Shown here: positions 28,431-37,688 of the stretch, in pieces
Numbering within the stretch: the stretch's first letter is position 1
Layout of the letters: every line of letters begins with the position of its first letter
Origin: an uncultured Actinomycetota bacterium
GTDB lineage: Bacteria > Actinomycetota > Actinomycetes > Mycobacteriales > Mycobacteriaceae
Direction of reading: 5' to 3'
DNA length: 64,000 nucleotides
NCBI GenBank assembly: GCA_963813935.1
Contig: CAWFAR010000005.1
Span: 376,944-440,943, forward strand
Made by a program: the position numbers and the translations under genes
Notes under the pieces: model-generated
The model's database searches: none
What the model was told of the DNA's origin: nothing
Seen by the model: the letters and a program-made list of their open reading frames with translations, nothing else

Positions 28431-28454
28431 TAACGCTATTCGCCGACCAGGGCG

Positions 28455-29267
28455 CTACCGTGTTGCCGTCGCCTTGATTCGCCCCCGCTGAACAGGTGAC
28501 TTGGTGCCCTTGCGTTGCCTGGACGGCGCCGACTTGCCGCCTTTCGATCCCTCGGCCTCGTCGATCAACCTGCTGGCGTGGTCGAGGATGCAGTTGAGGC
28601 CATACTCGAAATTGGTTTCATCGGGGGCGCCGATCCGGTGACCTATCCGGGTTACTTGAGCAAGGAGCGGAGTTTTCTCGGGATCGATCGCAACGGCGTC
28701 CTCGATGGCGCGGGGTCCGACGTCCGTCGATTGGTTCTTCTCGTAGAGCCGCTGCAGTACCACCGACCCACGGACGTGAACCGAAACCGCAGAGTACGTG
28801 TCAAAGGCGTCCTCGGGCGATAGGCCGGCCTCGACCAGATTAGCGACCGCCTTCTCCATCTCCTGCGCACCCAGGCGCGCTGCTTTGGGGCTTAGCGCCG
28901 CGCGAATCAGAATCAGATCGCACAGAATTGGGTTACCCATGAACGTCTTACGCATCAAACGCGCATGGTTGCGTAACGTCTCGCGCCAGTCACTGGCTTC
29001 GACGTACGGGGTGGCGAACACATACTTACTCAAGGCGCGGTCGGTCATCGCATTGAGCAGATCGTCCTTCTTGCGGAAGTACCAGTAGATGCTGGTGACG
29101 CCGACGCCGAGGTGTTTGCCGAGCAGCGGCATGCTCAGGTTGTCTATCGATACCTGCTCTGCGAGTTCGAATGCGCCGCTGATGATGTCATCGGGATTGA
29201 TGGATCCGCGTTCGCGTCGTTGACGCTTATCAGCGGCTGCCTGCTTCGCCACTACGGGCACCTCCAT
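28455..29267 (-). CDS. TetR-family transcriptional regulator
   Basis: Start chosen at ATG 29267 (MEVPVV). The HTH is SIDNLSMPLLGKHLGVGVTSIYWYFRKKDDLL. Confidence 0.85.
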   Translation of the reverse strand: MEVPVVAKQAAADKRQRRERGSINPDDIISGAFELAEQVSIDNLSMPLLGKHLGVGVTSIYWYFRKKDDLLNAMTDRALSKYVFATPYVEASDWRETLRNHARLMRKTFMGNPILCDLILIRAALSPKAARLGAQEMEKAVANLVEAGLSPEDAFDTYSAVSVHVRGSVVLQRLYEKNQSTDVGPRAIEDAVAIDPEKTPLLAQVTRIGHRIGAPDETNFEYGLNCILDHASRLIDEAEGSKGGKSAPSRQRKGTKSPVQRGRIKATATR

Positions 29268-29407
29268 CAAAATGTATCCTGCGCCTGCGGTCTGAGAACC
29301 ATGCCACCAGTGGAATGAATCTACCGGCAGATCCTCTCCCACCTGCGCATACGTAGGCGTGTCGCCGTTCGGCTATGACCGTCAACGCGGCTCTCGTGCG
29401 GTTTTCC

Positions 29408-29434
29408 ATCTGCTACTGTAATACCTATCGTAGG
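29408..29434 (-). promoter_or_regulatory. Recurrent promoter/operator motif, site e
   Basis: The minus strand reads CGATAGGTATTACAGTAGCAGAT. It shares CGATAGGTAT(T)ACAGTA with site d. It lies about 140 nt upstream of the TetR start, in the divergent TetR/SDR region. Confidence 0.4.
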
Positions 29435-29517
29435 CTCTTTGGTAAATAAGCTGGGCGGGCGAAGATGACCGGGCGCAACCCATCGGGTGAGTTTCCGGAT
29501 GGGCCACGGATTACGTC

Positions 29518-30315
29518 ATGGATTTAGAGCTGGCGAACGCCGCAGCGGTGGTCGTCGGTGGTAGCCGCGGCATGGGTTTGGCGACGGCCCGTTGCCTTGC
29601 CGAGGAAGGCGCCCGGGTGGCCGTGGTCGGCCGAACACAATCCAGCCTCGACAGCGCGGTGACAGATTTGACGAGTCACGGTAGCCCCGATGCGCTCGGC
29701 CTCGCTGCCGACATCGGTGACGCCGGCGAGGTCGGCAAGGTGTTCGCCGAGCTCGGACAGCGATGGAACGGCGAACTCAACGTGCTCATCAATACCGTCG
29801 GGCCGGGGGCGCCGGGCAGCTTCGAAGTTCTCTCCGACGAGCAGTGGCGTCAGGCCGTCGAGGAAGGCGTGATGGGGATGGTGCGCTGCGTCCGCGCGGC
29901 ACTTCCGCTGCTGCGCAACGCGCAATGGGCTCGGATCGTCAACTTTTCGGCGCACTCGACTCAGCGACAAAGTGTCATGTTGCCCGCCTACACGGCGGCC
30001 AAGTCGATGCTGACGAGCGTCTCGAAAAATCTGTCTTTACTGCTGGCAAAGGACGAGATCCTGGTCAACGTCGTCTCGCCGGGCAGCATCGCGTCCGAGT
30101 CGCTCGTCGGGTGGGCGAAGTCGGTCGGTGTCGACGGTGATGACCCGTATCGCCTGATGGAGGCCATCGACAAGCATTTCGGGCATCCGGCGCAAATGCC
30201 GCGGGCCGGCCTGCCGGAGGAAATCGGACCGGTCGCCGCGTTTCTGGCGTCGCGGCGCAACTCGTACATGACCGGAGCGAACATCAACATCGACGGTGGT
30301 TCAGACTTCACCTGA
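29518..30315 (+). CDS. SDR-family oxidoreductase
   Basis: 265 aa with VVGGSRGMGLA and YTAAK motifs. Confidence 0.8.
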   Translation: MDLELANAAAVVVGGSRGMGLATARCLAEEGARVAVVGRTQSSLDSAVTDLTSHGSPDALGLAADIGDAGEVGKVFAELGQRWNGELNVLINTVGPGAPGSFEVLSDEQWRQAVEEGVMGMVRCVRAALPLLRNAQWARIVNFSAHSTQRQSVMLPAYTAAKSMLTSVSKNLSLLLAKDEILVNVVSPGSIASESLVGWAKSVGVDGDDPYRLMEAIDKHFGHPAQMPRAGLPEEIGPVAAFLASRRNSYMTGANINIDGGSDFT

Positions 30316-30349
30316 CTCGAAATCGTTTGTCCGACAGAAGGAGTGGATC

Positions 30350-31357
30350 GTGGCGACGGCTAGCGAGGCGCGTGTTTGGGCACGGGGCGCATTGCGGGGA
30401 ATCGGCGACTCTCTCTACACGCCGTTCTGCGGCACCGACGGTGATGACATCGACTGGGACGCCTATCGAACGTTGGTGCGCTACTGCGTCGGTGATCTTG
30501 GCCACCCGATGTTGTGGTGCACCAGCGGTATCGCTGAGTTCTGGTCGTTGACCCTCGATGAGCGCAAACGCTTGTTGGAGGTGGCAATTGAAGAGGCGCG
30601 CGGCCTGAACCCCGATGTCGTTGTGCAGGCCTGCACGGCGGCGATGTCGGCGAAGGACTGCTTGGAGTTGACGCTGCACGCCCAGGAGGCGGGCGCCGAC
30701 ATCGCCTACATCCAAACGCCGATGATGGAGTCGCACGCCGGCGAGGGCGTGTTGAGGTTCTTCAAGTACATCGCAGCGCGCACCGATATCGCGTTGGGAA
30801 TGTTCAACTCCCCGTCCTCGGGCTATGTGTTGACTCCGGCCGAAAGCGCGTGCATCTATGACGAGGTGCCCGCCGTGTGCGCCACCAAGGAGGGCGCCTT
30901 CCGGCCGGAGGCGAGCCGGCGGTTACACGAGTTGGCGCCCGGCCTGGCGGTGTGGGAATGCGACAGAACTGTTTACCGCGCGGGCTGGTTGCGTGCCGGC
31001 ATCGTGTGCCCGGCGCAATTGGGCACCGCCGGCTATCTGTTCGAGACGCCGCAGCGGCGACTGTTCTCCGAATATTGGGACCTGATACTGAGCGACAAGC
31101 TACTCGAGGCGATGGACTACGGGCGTGAGTCGGGTCTCGACCAGTTCGACCTGGACATCGGAACGTGGTGGACCTGTTATCCCGGGCGCGCGGACTACTT
31201 CACCCACTGGGGTGGTGCGTTCAAATACGCGGCCTCGCTGCTGGGTTTGCCGATAGGTGCATACCCGCACTCCCGGCCGCCGCAAGCGGAGTTACCGCCC
31301 GAGGCCAAGGCGCAGATGGAGAAGGCATATCGCCGCCTGGGGCTCATCGATCCGTAG
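30350..31357 (+). CDS. Dihydrodipicolinate synthase/N-acetylneuraminate lyase family (class I aldolase-like) protein
   Basis: GTG 30350 follows GAAGGAG. The segment DWDAYRTLVRYCV...TSGIAEFWSLTLDERKRLLE...CATKEG resembles DapA-family layout. Confidence 0.65.
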   Translation: MATASEARVWARGALRGIGDSLYTPFCGTDGDDIDWDAYRTLVRYCVGDLGHPMLWCTSGIAEFWSLTLDERKRLLEVAIEEARGLNPDVVVQACTAAMSAKDCLELTLHAQEAGADIAYIQTPMMESHAGEGVLRFFKYIAARTDIALGMFNSPSSGYVLTPAESACIYDEVPAVCATKEGAFRPEASRRLHELAPGLAVWECDRTVYRAGWLRAGIVCPAQLGTAGYLFETPQRRLFSEYWDLILSDKLLEAMDYGRESGLDQFDLDIGTWWTCYPGRADYFTHWGGAFKYAASLLGLPIGAYPHSRPPQAELPPEAKAQMEKAYRRLGLIDP

Positions 31358-31456
31358 CGGGCCCACCGAAAACGACTGCAGCACAGCCTGTTCGGTATTC
31401 GGTCCAGCAAAAGGCCCGCCCGCCGATGGCGGCCGGGCCTTCGCCGTACGGCTGTC

Positions 31457-31696
31457 CTACTGTTGTTCGGCCTTCTGGCGCTTCTCGGCGACCTTGGCCG
31501 CTGCACGGGCCGATTCGGCCTCGGCTTCCTTCTTCGCCGCATTGCGCTGAGCTCGGGCTTTGTCCTGCTGAGCCTTGCCCTCGTTGAACAAGTCGTCACG
31601 ACCCGTCAGCGCGCCGATGATTACCTTGGCCTTGCCTTTCACGTCTTCCACGACGCCCTTGATGGCTTCGGCCACACCACTGTTGATGTCAACCAT
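31457..31696 (-). CDS. CsbD-family general stress protein
   Basis: 79 aa. GVVEDVKGKAKVIIGALTGRDDLFNEGKAQQDKAR is the CsbD signature. A strong SD (GGGGAGGAA) precedes the start. Confidence 0.8.
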   Translation of the reverse strand: MVDINSGVAEAIKGVVEDVKGKAKVIIGALTGRDDLFNEGKAQQDKARAQRNAAKKEAEAESARAAAKVAEKRQKAEQQ

Positions 31697-31734
31697 TGCG
31701 TTCCTCCCCTCACTAATGGATGTCTTGTTTGCGT

Positions 31735-31761
31735 CTTCCCTGCCATCGGGTCGGGCAAAAC
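31735..31761 (-). promoter_or_regulatory. Possible SigF-like promoter upstream of the CsbD-family gene
   Basis: The minus strand reads GTTTT - N16 - GGGAAG, against the mycobacterial SigF consensus GTTT-N15-17-GGGTA. It ends about 38 nt upstream of the ATG. Confidence 0.25.
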
Positions 31762-31967
31762 GTGTTCACGACGTGTCGCTCGCCACACCCGACGGCTCGC
31801 CCGAGTCCGCCTGCTCGCGATCTAAAACCACCGGCGATCCGTAGTGGCGTCGGGCATATCCATCCCCAGCGCCACCAAGGACGGCCACAGTTGTGCTTCA
31901 GCGACCCGGAATTCGCTGTTTGGCCGGGGTTTCGCTAAGCCGCGGCGGCAGTTGTGGAATGCGGTAC

Positions 31968-31989
31968 CGATAGGTATACAGTATGGGTA
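31968..31989 (+). promoter_or_regulatory. Recurrent promoter/operator motif, site d
   Basis: CCGATAGGTATACAGTATGGGTA, about 50 nt upstream of the crotonase start at 32038. Confidence 0.4.
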
Positions 31990-32037
31990 CAAAACCCACC
32001 GGATCCGGTAGTCAAGCACGAGGAGGTGCCGCGGAAG

Positions 32038-32886
32038 ATGTCCGCCAGCGACGGTGCTTCCGACGCCGAAGACGCGGTGCTGTACGAGGCCACAGACAGT
32101 GGTGTCGCGGTCCTCACGTTCAATCGTCCGGAGCGCCTCAACGCCTGGGGTCCCGACATTGCCGCCGGGTTTTACGCTGCCATCGACCGCGCCGAACAGG
32201 ACCCGGACGTCCGGGTGATCGTGCTGACCGGCCGGGGCAGGGGATTCTGCGCCGGCGCCTATCTGGGCGCGCCGAGTGCGGCGGCCAAGGTCGGCGAAAC
32301 AATGAAGAAGGCGGGCCAGACGAATCTGGCCGACTTGGTCGGCGAACGCCCGCCCCATTTTGTGACCACGCTGCGCAAACCCGTCATCGCGGCCATCAAT
32401 GGTCCTTGTGTCGGCATCGGTCTTACCCAAGCGCTGATGTGCGACGTCCGGTTTGCTGCCGCCGGAGCGAAGTTCGCCGCCGTGTTCGCGCGCCGCGGAC
32501 TGATCGCCGAGTTCGGCATCTCATGGATACTTCCGCGGTTGACCAGCTGGGGCGTCGCCCTCGACCTGCTGTTGAGCGGCCGCACCTTTCTCGCCGAGGA
32601 GGCGGCCCAGTTGGGCCTCGTCAAAGAAGTCGTCGCGCCCGAAGAACTGATGAAACGCGCACTCGACTACGCCGAGGACATCGCGCGCAACTGCTCGCCG
32701 GCGTCGATGGCGGTGATCAAAAGGCAGGTATACGGCGACGCCACACGTGATGTCGTGGAAGCCACTTCACGTGCCGAAGTCCTGCTGCACGAGGCAATGC
32801 CGCGTCCGGACGTCATCGAAGGGATCACAAGCTTTCTTGAGAAGCGGGCGCCGCAGTTTCCTTCGCTCACGTCAACCGATGCTTAA
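32038..32886 (+). CDS. Enoyl-CoA hydratase/isomerase (crotonase) family protein
   Basis: ATG 32038 follows GAGGAGG. LTFNRPERLNAW, GRGRGFCAGA and ITSFLEKRAPQF are present. Confidence 0.85.
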   Translation: MSASDGASDAEDAVLYEATDSGVAVLTFNRPERLNAWGPDIAAGFYAAIDRAEQDPDVRVIVLTGRGRGFCAGAYLGAPSAAAKVGETMKKAGQTNLADLVGERPPHFVTTLRKPVIAAINGPCVGIGLTQALMCDVRFAAAGAKFAAVFARRGLIAEFGISWILPRLTSWGVALDLLLSGRTFLAEEAAQLGLVKEVVAPEELMKRALDYAEDIARNCSPASMAVIKRQVYGDATRDVVEATSRAEVLLHEAMPRPDVIEGITSFLEKRAPQFPSLTSTDA

Positions 32887-32915
32887 TCTCGCCGGTGGCA
32901 CCGGAAAGGAAGATC

Positions 32916-34118
32916 ATGAGTAACTTGAGCTACAAGGCGATTGACGTCGACAACCACTACTACGAGCCGCTGGATGCTTTCACCCGGCATCTGGACAAAA
33001 AGTTCCGCAGACGTGGTGTCCAGATGTACAGCGATGGCAGGCACACTCAGGCGATCATCGGCGACCGGGTCAACCGGTTCATTCCCAACCCGACGTTCGA
33101 TCCCATCATCGTGCCAGGCTGCCTGGACTTGCTGTTCCGTGGCGAGATCCCCGAGGGTGTCGATCCGGCATCCCTGATGAAGGTCGAGCGGATGGGGGAG
33201 CACCCGGAGTATCAGAACCGAGACGCCCGCGTCCGGGTGATGGACACCCAGGGCATCGAGACGGTGTTCATGCTGCCGACGTTCGCGTGCGGTGTCGAAG
33301 AAGCACTCAAGCACGACGTCGACGCGACGACGGCCTCAGTGCACGCGTTCAACCTATGGCTGGATGAGGACTGGGGGTTCGACCGTCCGGATCACCGAAT
33401 CATCGCCGCACCGATAATCTCGCTGGCCGATCCGGCCAAGGCCGTCGACGAGATCGAGTATGCGTTGGGACATGGCGCCAAACTTGTTCTCGTGCGCCCA
33501 GCGCCGGTACCGGGCGTGGTCAAGCCGCGCTCGCTTGGTGATCCCAGCCACGACCCGGTCTGGGCCCGGTTGGCAGAAGCCGGCGTCCCGGTGGGATTCC
33601 ACCTGAGCGACAGCGGCTACGTGCAAGTGGCGGGGATGTGGGGCGGCAGGTCGAGTTTCGAGGGGTTCGGCGGATCGGATCCGTTGGAGCAGATACTCGT
33701 CGACGACCGCGCGATCCACGACACGATGGCCTCGATGATCGCGCATGGTGTGTTCACTCGGCATCCGAAACTGAAGGCGGTCAGCATCGAGAACGGTTCG
33801 TACTTCGTCTTCCGACTCATCAAGCGCTTGAAGAAGGCGGCTAACAACCACCCGCGGCTGTTCCCCGAGGACCCGGTAGAGCAGTTACGCAACAATGTCT
33901 GGATCGCTCCATACTACGAGGACGATTTGCGCGCGCTGGCCGATGTCATCGGTGTCGACAAGATATTGTTCGGTTCTGACTGGCCACACGGAGAAGGCCT
34001 CGAGTCGCCGGTGTCGTTTACCGGGGAACTCACCGATTTCAGCGAAGCAGACATTCGAAAGATCATGCGCGACAATGCTCTAGATCTCCTGGGCATCAAA
34101 GCCGCAGTGGCAGCCTAG
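32916..34118 (+). CDS. Amidohydrolase-2 (metal-dependent hydrolase, ACMSD-like) family protein
   Basis: ATG 32916. It has AIDVDNHYYEP at the N-terminus and ILFGSDWPHGEG near the C-terminus. Confidence 0.8.
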   Translation: MSNLSYKAIDVDNHYYEPLDAFTRHLDKKFRRRGVQMYSDGRHTQAIIGDRVNRFIPNPTFDPIIVPGCLDLLFRGEIPEGVDPASLMKVERMGEHPEYQNRDARVRVMDTQGIETVFMLPTFACGVEEALKHDVDATTASVHAFNLWLDEDWGFDRPDHRIIAAPIISLADPAKAVDEIEYALGHGAKLVLVRPAPVPGVVKPRSLGDPSHDPVWARLAEAGVPVGFHLSDSGYVQVAGMWGGRSSFEGFGGSDPLEQILVDDRAIHDTMASMIAHGVFTRHPKLKAVSIENGSYFVFRLIKRLKKAANNHPRLFPEDPVEQLRNNVWIAPYYEDDLRALADVIGVDKILFGSDWPHGEGLESPVSFTGELTDFSEADIRKIMRDNALDLLGIKAAVAA

Positions 34119-34130
34119 GCGGCCCGGCCC

Positions 34131-35804
34131 GTGAGCGAATGGACCGTCGGGGCAGTGCTCGACGCTATCGCCGATGTCGTTCCCGACCGCGTGATGACCG
34201 CCTGCGGAAACCGGCGCAGCACCTTCGCTGAATCGGCAAGTCGAACCAACAGACTGGCAAGCTACCTCAGCGACAAGGGATTCGGCGTTTACGCGTCCCG
34301 CGAGACGCTCGAGCGCTGGGAATGTGGTCAGGACCGGGTCGCGCTCATCATGTACAACGACCTGTATCCGGACATGTTGATCGGATGCCTCAAGGCACGC
34401 GTTGTGCCGGTCAACGTAAACCATCACTACTCGGTCCGTGAGATCCGTGACCTGCTTGACTACATCCGTCCCCGGGGCATCATCTATCACCGCTCGCTCG
34501 GTGCCCGGTTCGCCGAGGTGTTGCCACCCAACGGTACTGAGTTACTGGTGTCCGTCGACGATGGAAGCGGCGCTCCCGAACTGCCGGGAGCCGTATCACT
34601 CGATGACGCCTTGGCGGCCGGTGGTGCAGACTTCGACCTGCCTGGATCGCCGGACGATTTGATCATGATGTGTACCGGCGGAACGACGGGACGCCCCAAA
34701 GGAGTCCTGTGGCGCCAAAGCGACATGTACGTGTCGTCGATGGTGGGCGCCGACCACGCCAGTGTCACCGAGATCCACGACAAGGTTCGCAACGGCGGCC
34801 CACCCTGGTTCGCGGTTTCGCCGCTTATGCATGCGGCGGGCATGTGGACCGCGTTCGCGGCGCTGTGCGCCGGCCTGCCGGTCGTGCTCTACGACGATCG
34901 CCACAAGCTCGACGTCCGGTCGGTGTGGGAAACCGCCGAGCGGGAAAAGGTGGGCATGATGACGATGGTCGGCGACGCTTACGCCGGGCCGCTGGTCGCC
35001 GAACTGCGGGCGCACAACTATGATCTGACTGCGCTGAACGCCATCGGCACCGGCGGGGCGGCCACCAATGCGAAATACAAACGGGCACTGATGGAATGCC
35101 TGCCGCACATCACCATCATCGAAGGCTACGGATCGTCGGAATCCGGGAACATGGCGTTTGGGCACAGCCACGACGGACATGCCAGCGAGACCTTTGAACC
35201 CAGGGTCGGCGCAACGGTCGTCTCTGCCGACCGCAGCCGGTTCCTGCAGCCCGGGGAGCAGGAGATCGGCTGGGCCGCAAGGACTGGCCGGATTCCGCTC
35301 GGATACTTCAGCGATCCCGAAGGCACGCAACGGACCTTCCCGGTGATCGACGGCCAGCGGGTGGTGATACCGGGCGACCGGGCATCCCTTGAAAAGGACG
35401 GCACCATCCGCCTTTTCGGCCGTGATTCGCTGGTGGTGAATACCGGCGGCGAAAAGGTGTTCGTCGAAGAGGTCGAGGAAGTGCTGCGCGCACATCCGGG
35501 CATTGCTGACGCCCTCGTGGTGGGACGGCCGAGCGAACGGTGGGGCCAGGAAGTCGTCGCGCTCATCGCGCCACACCCGGGCGCCGACCTCACCGCAGAC
35601 GGGCAGGCCCTTTATACCTTCTGCACCTCGCAGCTGGCGCATTTCAAGGCGCCCAAGGCATTCATCGTTGTCGAGGAGATTCAGCGGCTCGGCAACGGTA
35701 AGCCCAACTACCGCTGGGCCAGAGAACAGGCCGAACAGCAGGTACCGGCTCCCGCGCTGGTGTCCGCCGACCCAGAAGGAAGTCATGAACACCAAAGCGA
35801 TTGA
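34131..35804 (+). CDS. Acyl-CoA synthetase (FadD3/17/19-like clade, by motif recollection)
   Basis: 557 aa with CTGGTTGRPKGVLWRQSDMY, EGYGSSE and GNGKPNYRWAREQ motifs. Confidence 0.85.
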   Translation: MSEWTVGAVLDAIADVVPDRVMTACGNRRSTFAESASRTNRLASYLSDKGFGVYASRETLERWECGQDRVALIMYNDLYPDMLIGCLKARVVPVNVNHHYSVREIRDLLDYIRPRGIIYHRSLGARFAEVLPPNGTELLVSVDDGSGAPELPGAVSLDDALAAGGADFDLPGSPDDLIMMCTGGTTGRPKGVLWRQSDMYVSSMVGADHASVTEIHDKVRNGGPPWFAVSPLMHAAGMWTAFAALCAGLPVVLYDDRHKLDVRSVWETAEREKVGMMTMVGDAYAGPLVAELRAHNYDLTALNAIGTGGAATNAKYKRALMECLPHITIIEGYGSSESGNMAFGHSHDGHASETFEPRVGATVVSADRSRFLQPGEQEIGWAARTGRIPLGYFSDPEGTQRTFPVIDGQRVVIPGDRASLEKDGTIRLFGRDSLVVNTGGEKVFVEEVEEVLRAHPGIADALVVGRPSERWGQEVVALIAPHPGADLTADGQALYTFCTSQLAHFKAPKAFIVVEEIQRLGNGKPNYRWAREQAEQQVPAPALVSADPEGSHEHQSD

Positions 35805-36615
35805 CTGCCTGATCAACGTGCACTTCGGTGAGACCGAGGCCCAACCCACCTGGATGCTCAAGGTCAGGGACGACTACTTCAAGGGGCCGGAGTCGATGTT
35901 CGCGCCGGTCGACCTGTCCGAGCTACTCGACGAGATGGACGAGCAAGGCGTGCAGAAGGCGATCCTGATGGACTCGCTCGTCAATCCGTCAACCACTGCG
36001 CGCAAGTTCGTTGAAGCCAAGCCGGATCGGTTCGCGCTGGCCATGGGAGGGGTCAACCTGCTGCGTCCGGTGCGGTCGTTGCGTGAATTGAGCGCGATTG
36101 TTGGCGACCTGCCGGTCGCGTATGCCGTAGTGGGGCCGAGCTTCTGGGGCGATGGGCAGTATCCGCCCAGCGACGCTGTTTACTATCCGCTCTACGCCAA
36201 ATGCGCGGAGATCAACCTCCCGCTGTGCATAAACACCGGTATCCCCGGGCCGCCAATTCCCGGAGAGGTGCAGCATCCCATGCATCTCGACCGGGTGTGT
36301 GTGCGGTTTCCCGAACTGAAGCTGTGCATGATCCACGGCGCCGATCCATGGTGGGACGTCGCGATCCGGTTGATGCTCAAGTACGCCAACTTGCGGTTGA
36401 TGACGTCGGCGTGGTCGCCGAAGCGGCTGCCGGAAAGCCTGCTGCACTATATGCGTACGCGTGGTCCCAACAAGGTGATCTACGCGTCCGACTGGCCGGT
36501 ACTGCGGATGCGCCGCGTGGTACCTGAAGCCCGTGCGCTGGACCTGCCGGCCGAGATCCTGGATAACTACCTGTACAACAACGCGCAGGAATTCTTCTTC
36601 GGACAGGAGCACTGA
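35785..36615 (+). CDS. Amidohydrolase-2 family protein
   Basis: ATG 35785 overlaps the preceding ligase by 20 nt. AIDCLINVH and VIYASDWPV motifs are present. Confidence 0.75.
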   Translation: MNTKAIDCLINVHFGETEAQPTWMLKVRDDYFKGPESMFAPVDLSELLDEMDEQGVQKAILMDSLVNPSTTARKFVEAKPDRFALAMGGVNLLRPVRSLRELSAIVGDLPVAYAVVGPSFWGDGQYPPSDAVYYPLYAKCAEINLPLCINTGIPGPPIPGEVQHPMHLDRVCVRFPELKLCMIHGADPWWDVAIRLMLKYANLRLMTSAWSPKRLPESLLHYMRTRGPNKVIYASDWPVLRMRRVVPEARALDLPAEILDNYLYNNAQEFFFGQEH

Positions 36616-36617
36616 TC

Positions 36618-37673
36618 ATGGACCGCTTCGAATTGCGCAGACTGGACTACAGCCTGTCCGACCACCACGTGGATCTGCAGAATGCTTACAAGCAATTCTT
36701 CAAAACCCACTGCTCGATCGAAACGGTGCGTGCCGCAGAGCCTTCCGGCTTCGACAAGAACCTGTGGGAGCGGTTGTGCGCGATGGGTGCGACCACGATG
36801 GCCCTCCCGGAGTCGTGTGGCGGTGACGGGGCGACGCTGGTCGACCTCACCCTGGTGGCCGAAGAGATCGGCCGGTCGCTGGCGCCGGTTCCGTGGATCG
36901 ACCATGTGTGCGCCGCGCGGCTGCTGGGGCGCCTGGGAGCATTGGGCGCCGACACCACCGGCGTGGCGAACGGAGAACAGCTCGCGGCACTCGATGCGCG
37001 GCTCGACAGTGCACGGGGTGCGCGCCTGATACCGACGGGGTCGATTGCCGACCACATCATCGTCCGGGACGGCGATCAGGTTGTGCGCTTGACGTTCGGC
37101 ACCCGGCCGGCCAAGGTCGACAACATCGGCCGGCTGCCGATGGCCTGGGTGGATCCCGCCGCCGCCGACAGTCGGACCGTAATCGCTGAAGGATCTGATG
37201 CGTTAGCGAATTATCAACGGGCGCTGGACGAGTGGCGGTTGCTCACCGCGGCGGCCCTGGTGGGCCTGGTCGAGGAAACGATGACCATCGCGGCGGAGTT
37301 CGCCAAGACGCGCTACACGCTGGGCGTACCCATCTCGACGCTGCAGGCAATTTCGCATCCGCTGGCGAATATGGCCATCACCGTTCAGGGTGGACGTAAC
37401 CTCGCCCGGCGCGCCGCCTGGTTCCTGGACAACGAACCCGATGAACGACCCGAGTTGGCGCCGTCGGCGTTCGTGTTCATGGCCGAGGAGGCCGCTAAGG
37501 CCGCCACCATGGCGGTGCACATCCAAGGCGGGCTTGGGGTCTCGTCGGAGGCCGCTGCGACGGCGTATCTGGTGAGAGCCAGGGGATGGCCGCTGGCCGG
37601 CGGCGACCCGGGTGCGACCGCCCAGCGGATCGCTGAGATTGTGGCCGCCCGCGAAAGTGCGCCACAACGGTAG
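36618..37673 (+). CDS. Acyl-CoA dehydrogenase family protein (short, partner-type subunit)
   Basis: 351 aa with an ACAD fold, directly followed by a second ACAD gene. The layout resembles alpha2-beta2 ACAD pairs. Confidence 0.75.
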   Translation: MDRFELRRLDYSLSDHHVDLQNAYKQFFKTHCSIETVRAAEPSGFDKNLWERLCAMGATTMALPESCGGDGATLVDLTLVAEEIGRSLAPVPWIDHVCAARLLGRLGALGADTTGVANGEQLAALDARLDSARGARLIPTGSIADHIIVRDGDQVVRLTFGTRPAKVDNIGRLPMAWVDPAAADSRTVIAEGSDALANYQRALDEWRLLTAAALVGLVEETMTIAAEFAKTRYTLGVPISTLQAISHPLANMAITVQGGRNLARRAAWFLDNEPDERPELAPSAFVFMAEEAAKAATMAVHIQGGLGVSSEAAATAYLVRARGWPLAGGDPGATAQRIAEIVAARESAPQR

Positions 37674-37688
37674 AACAGGAGCCAAACG

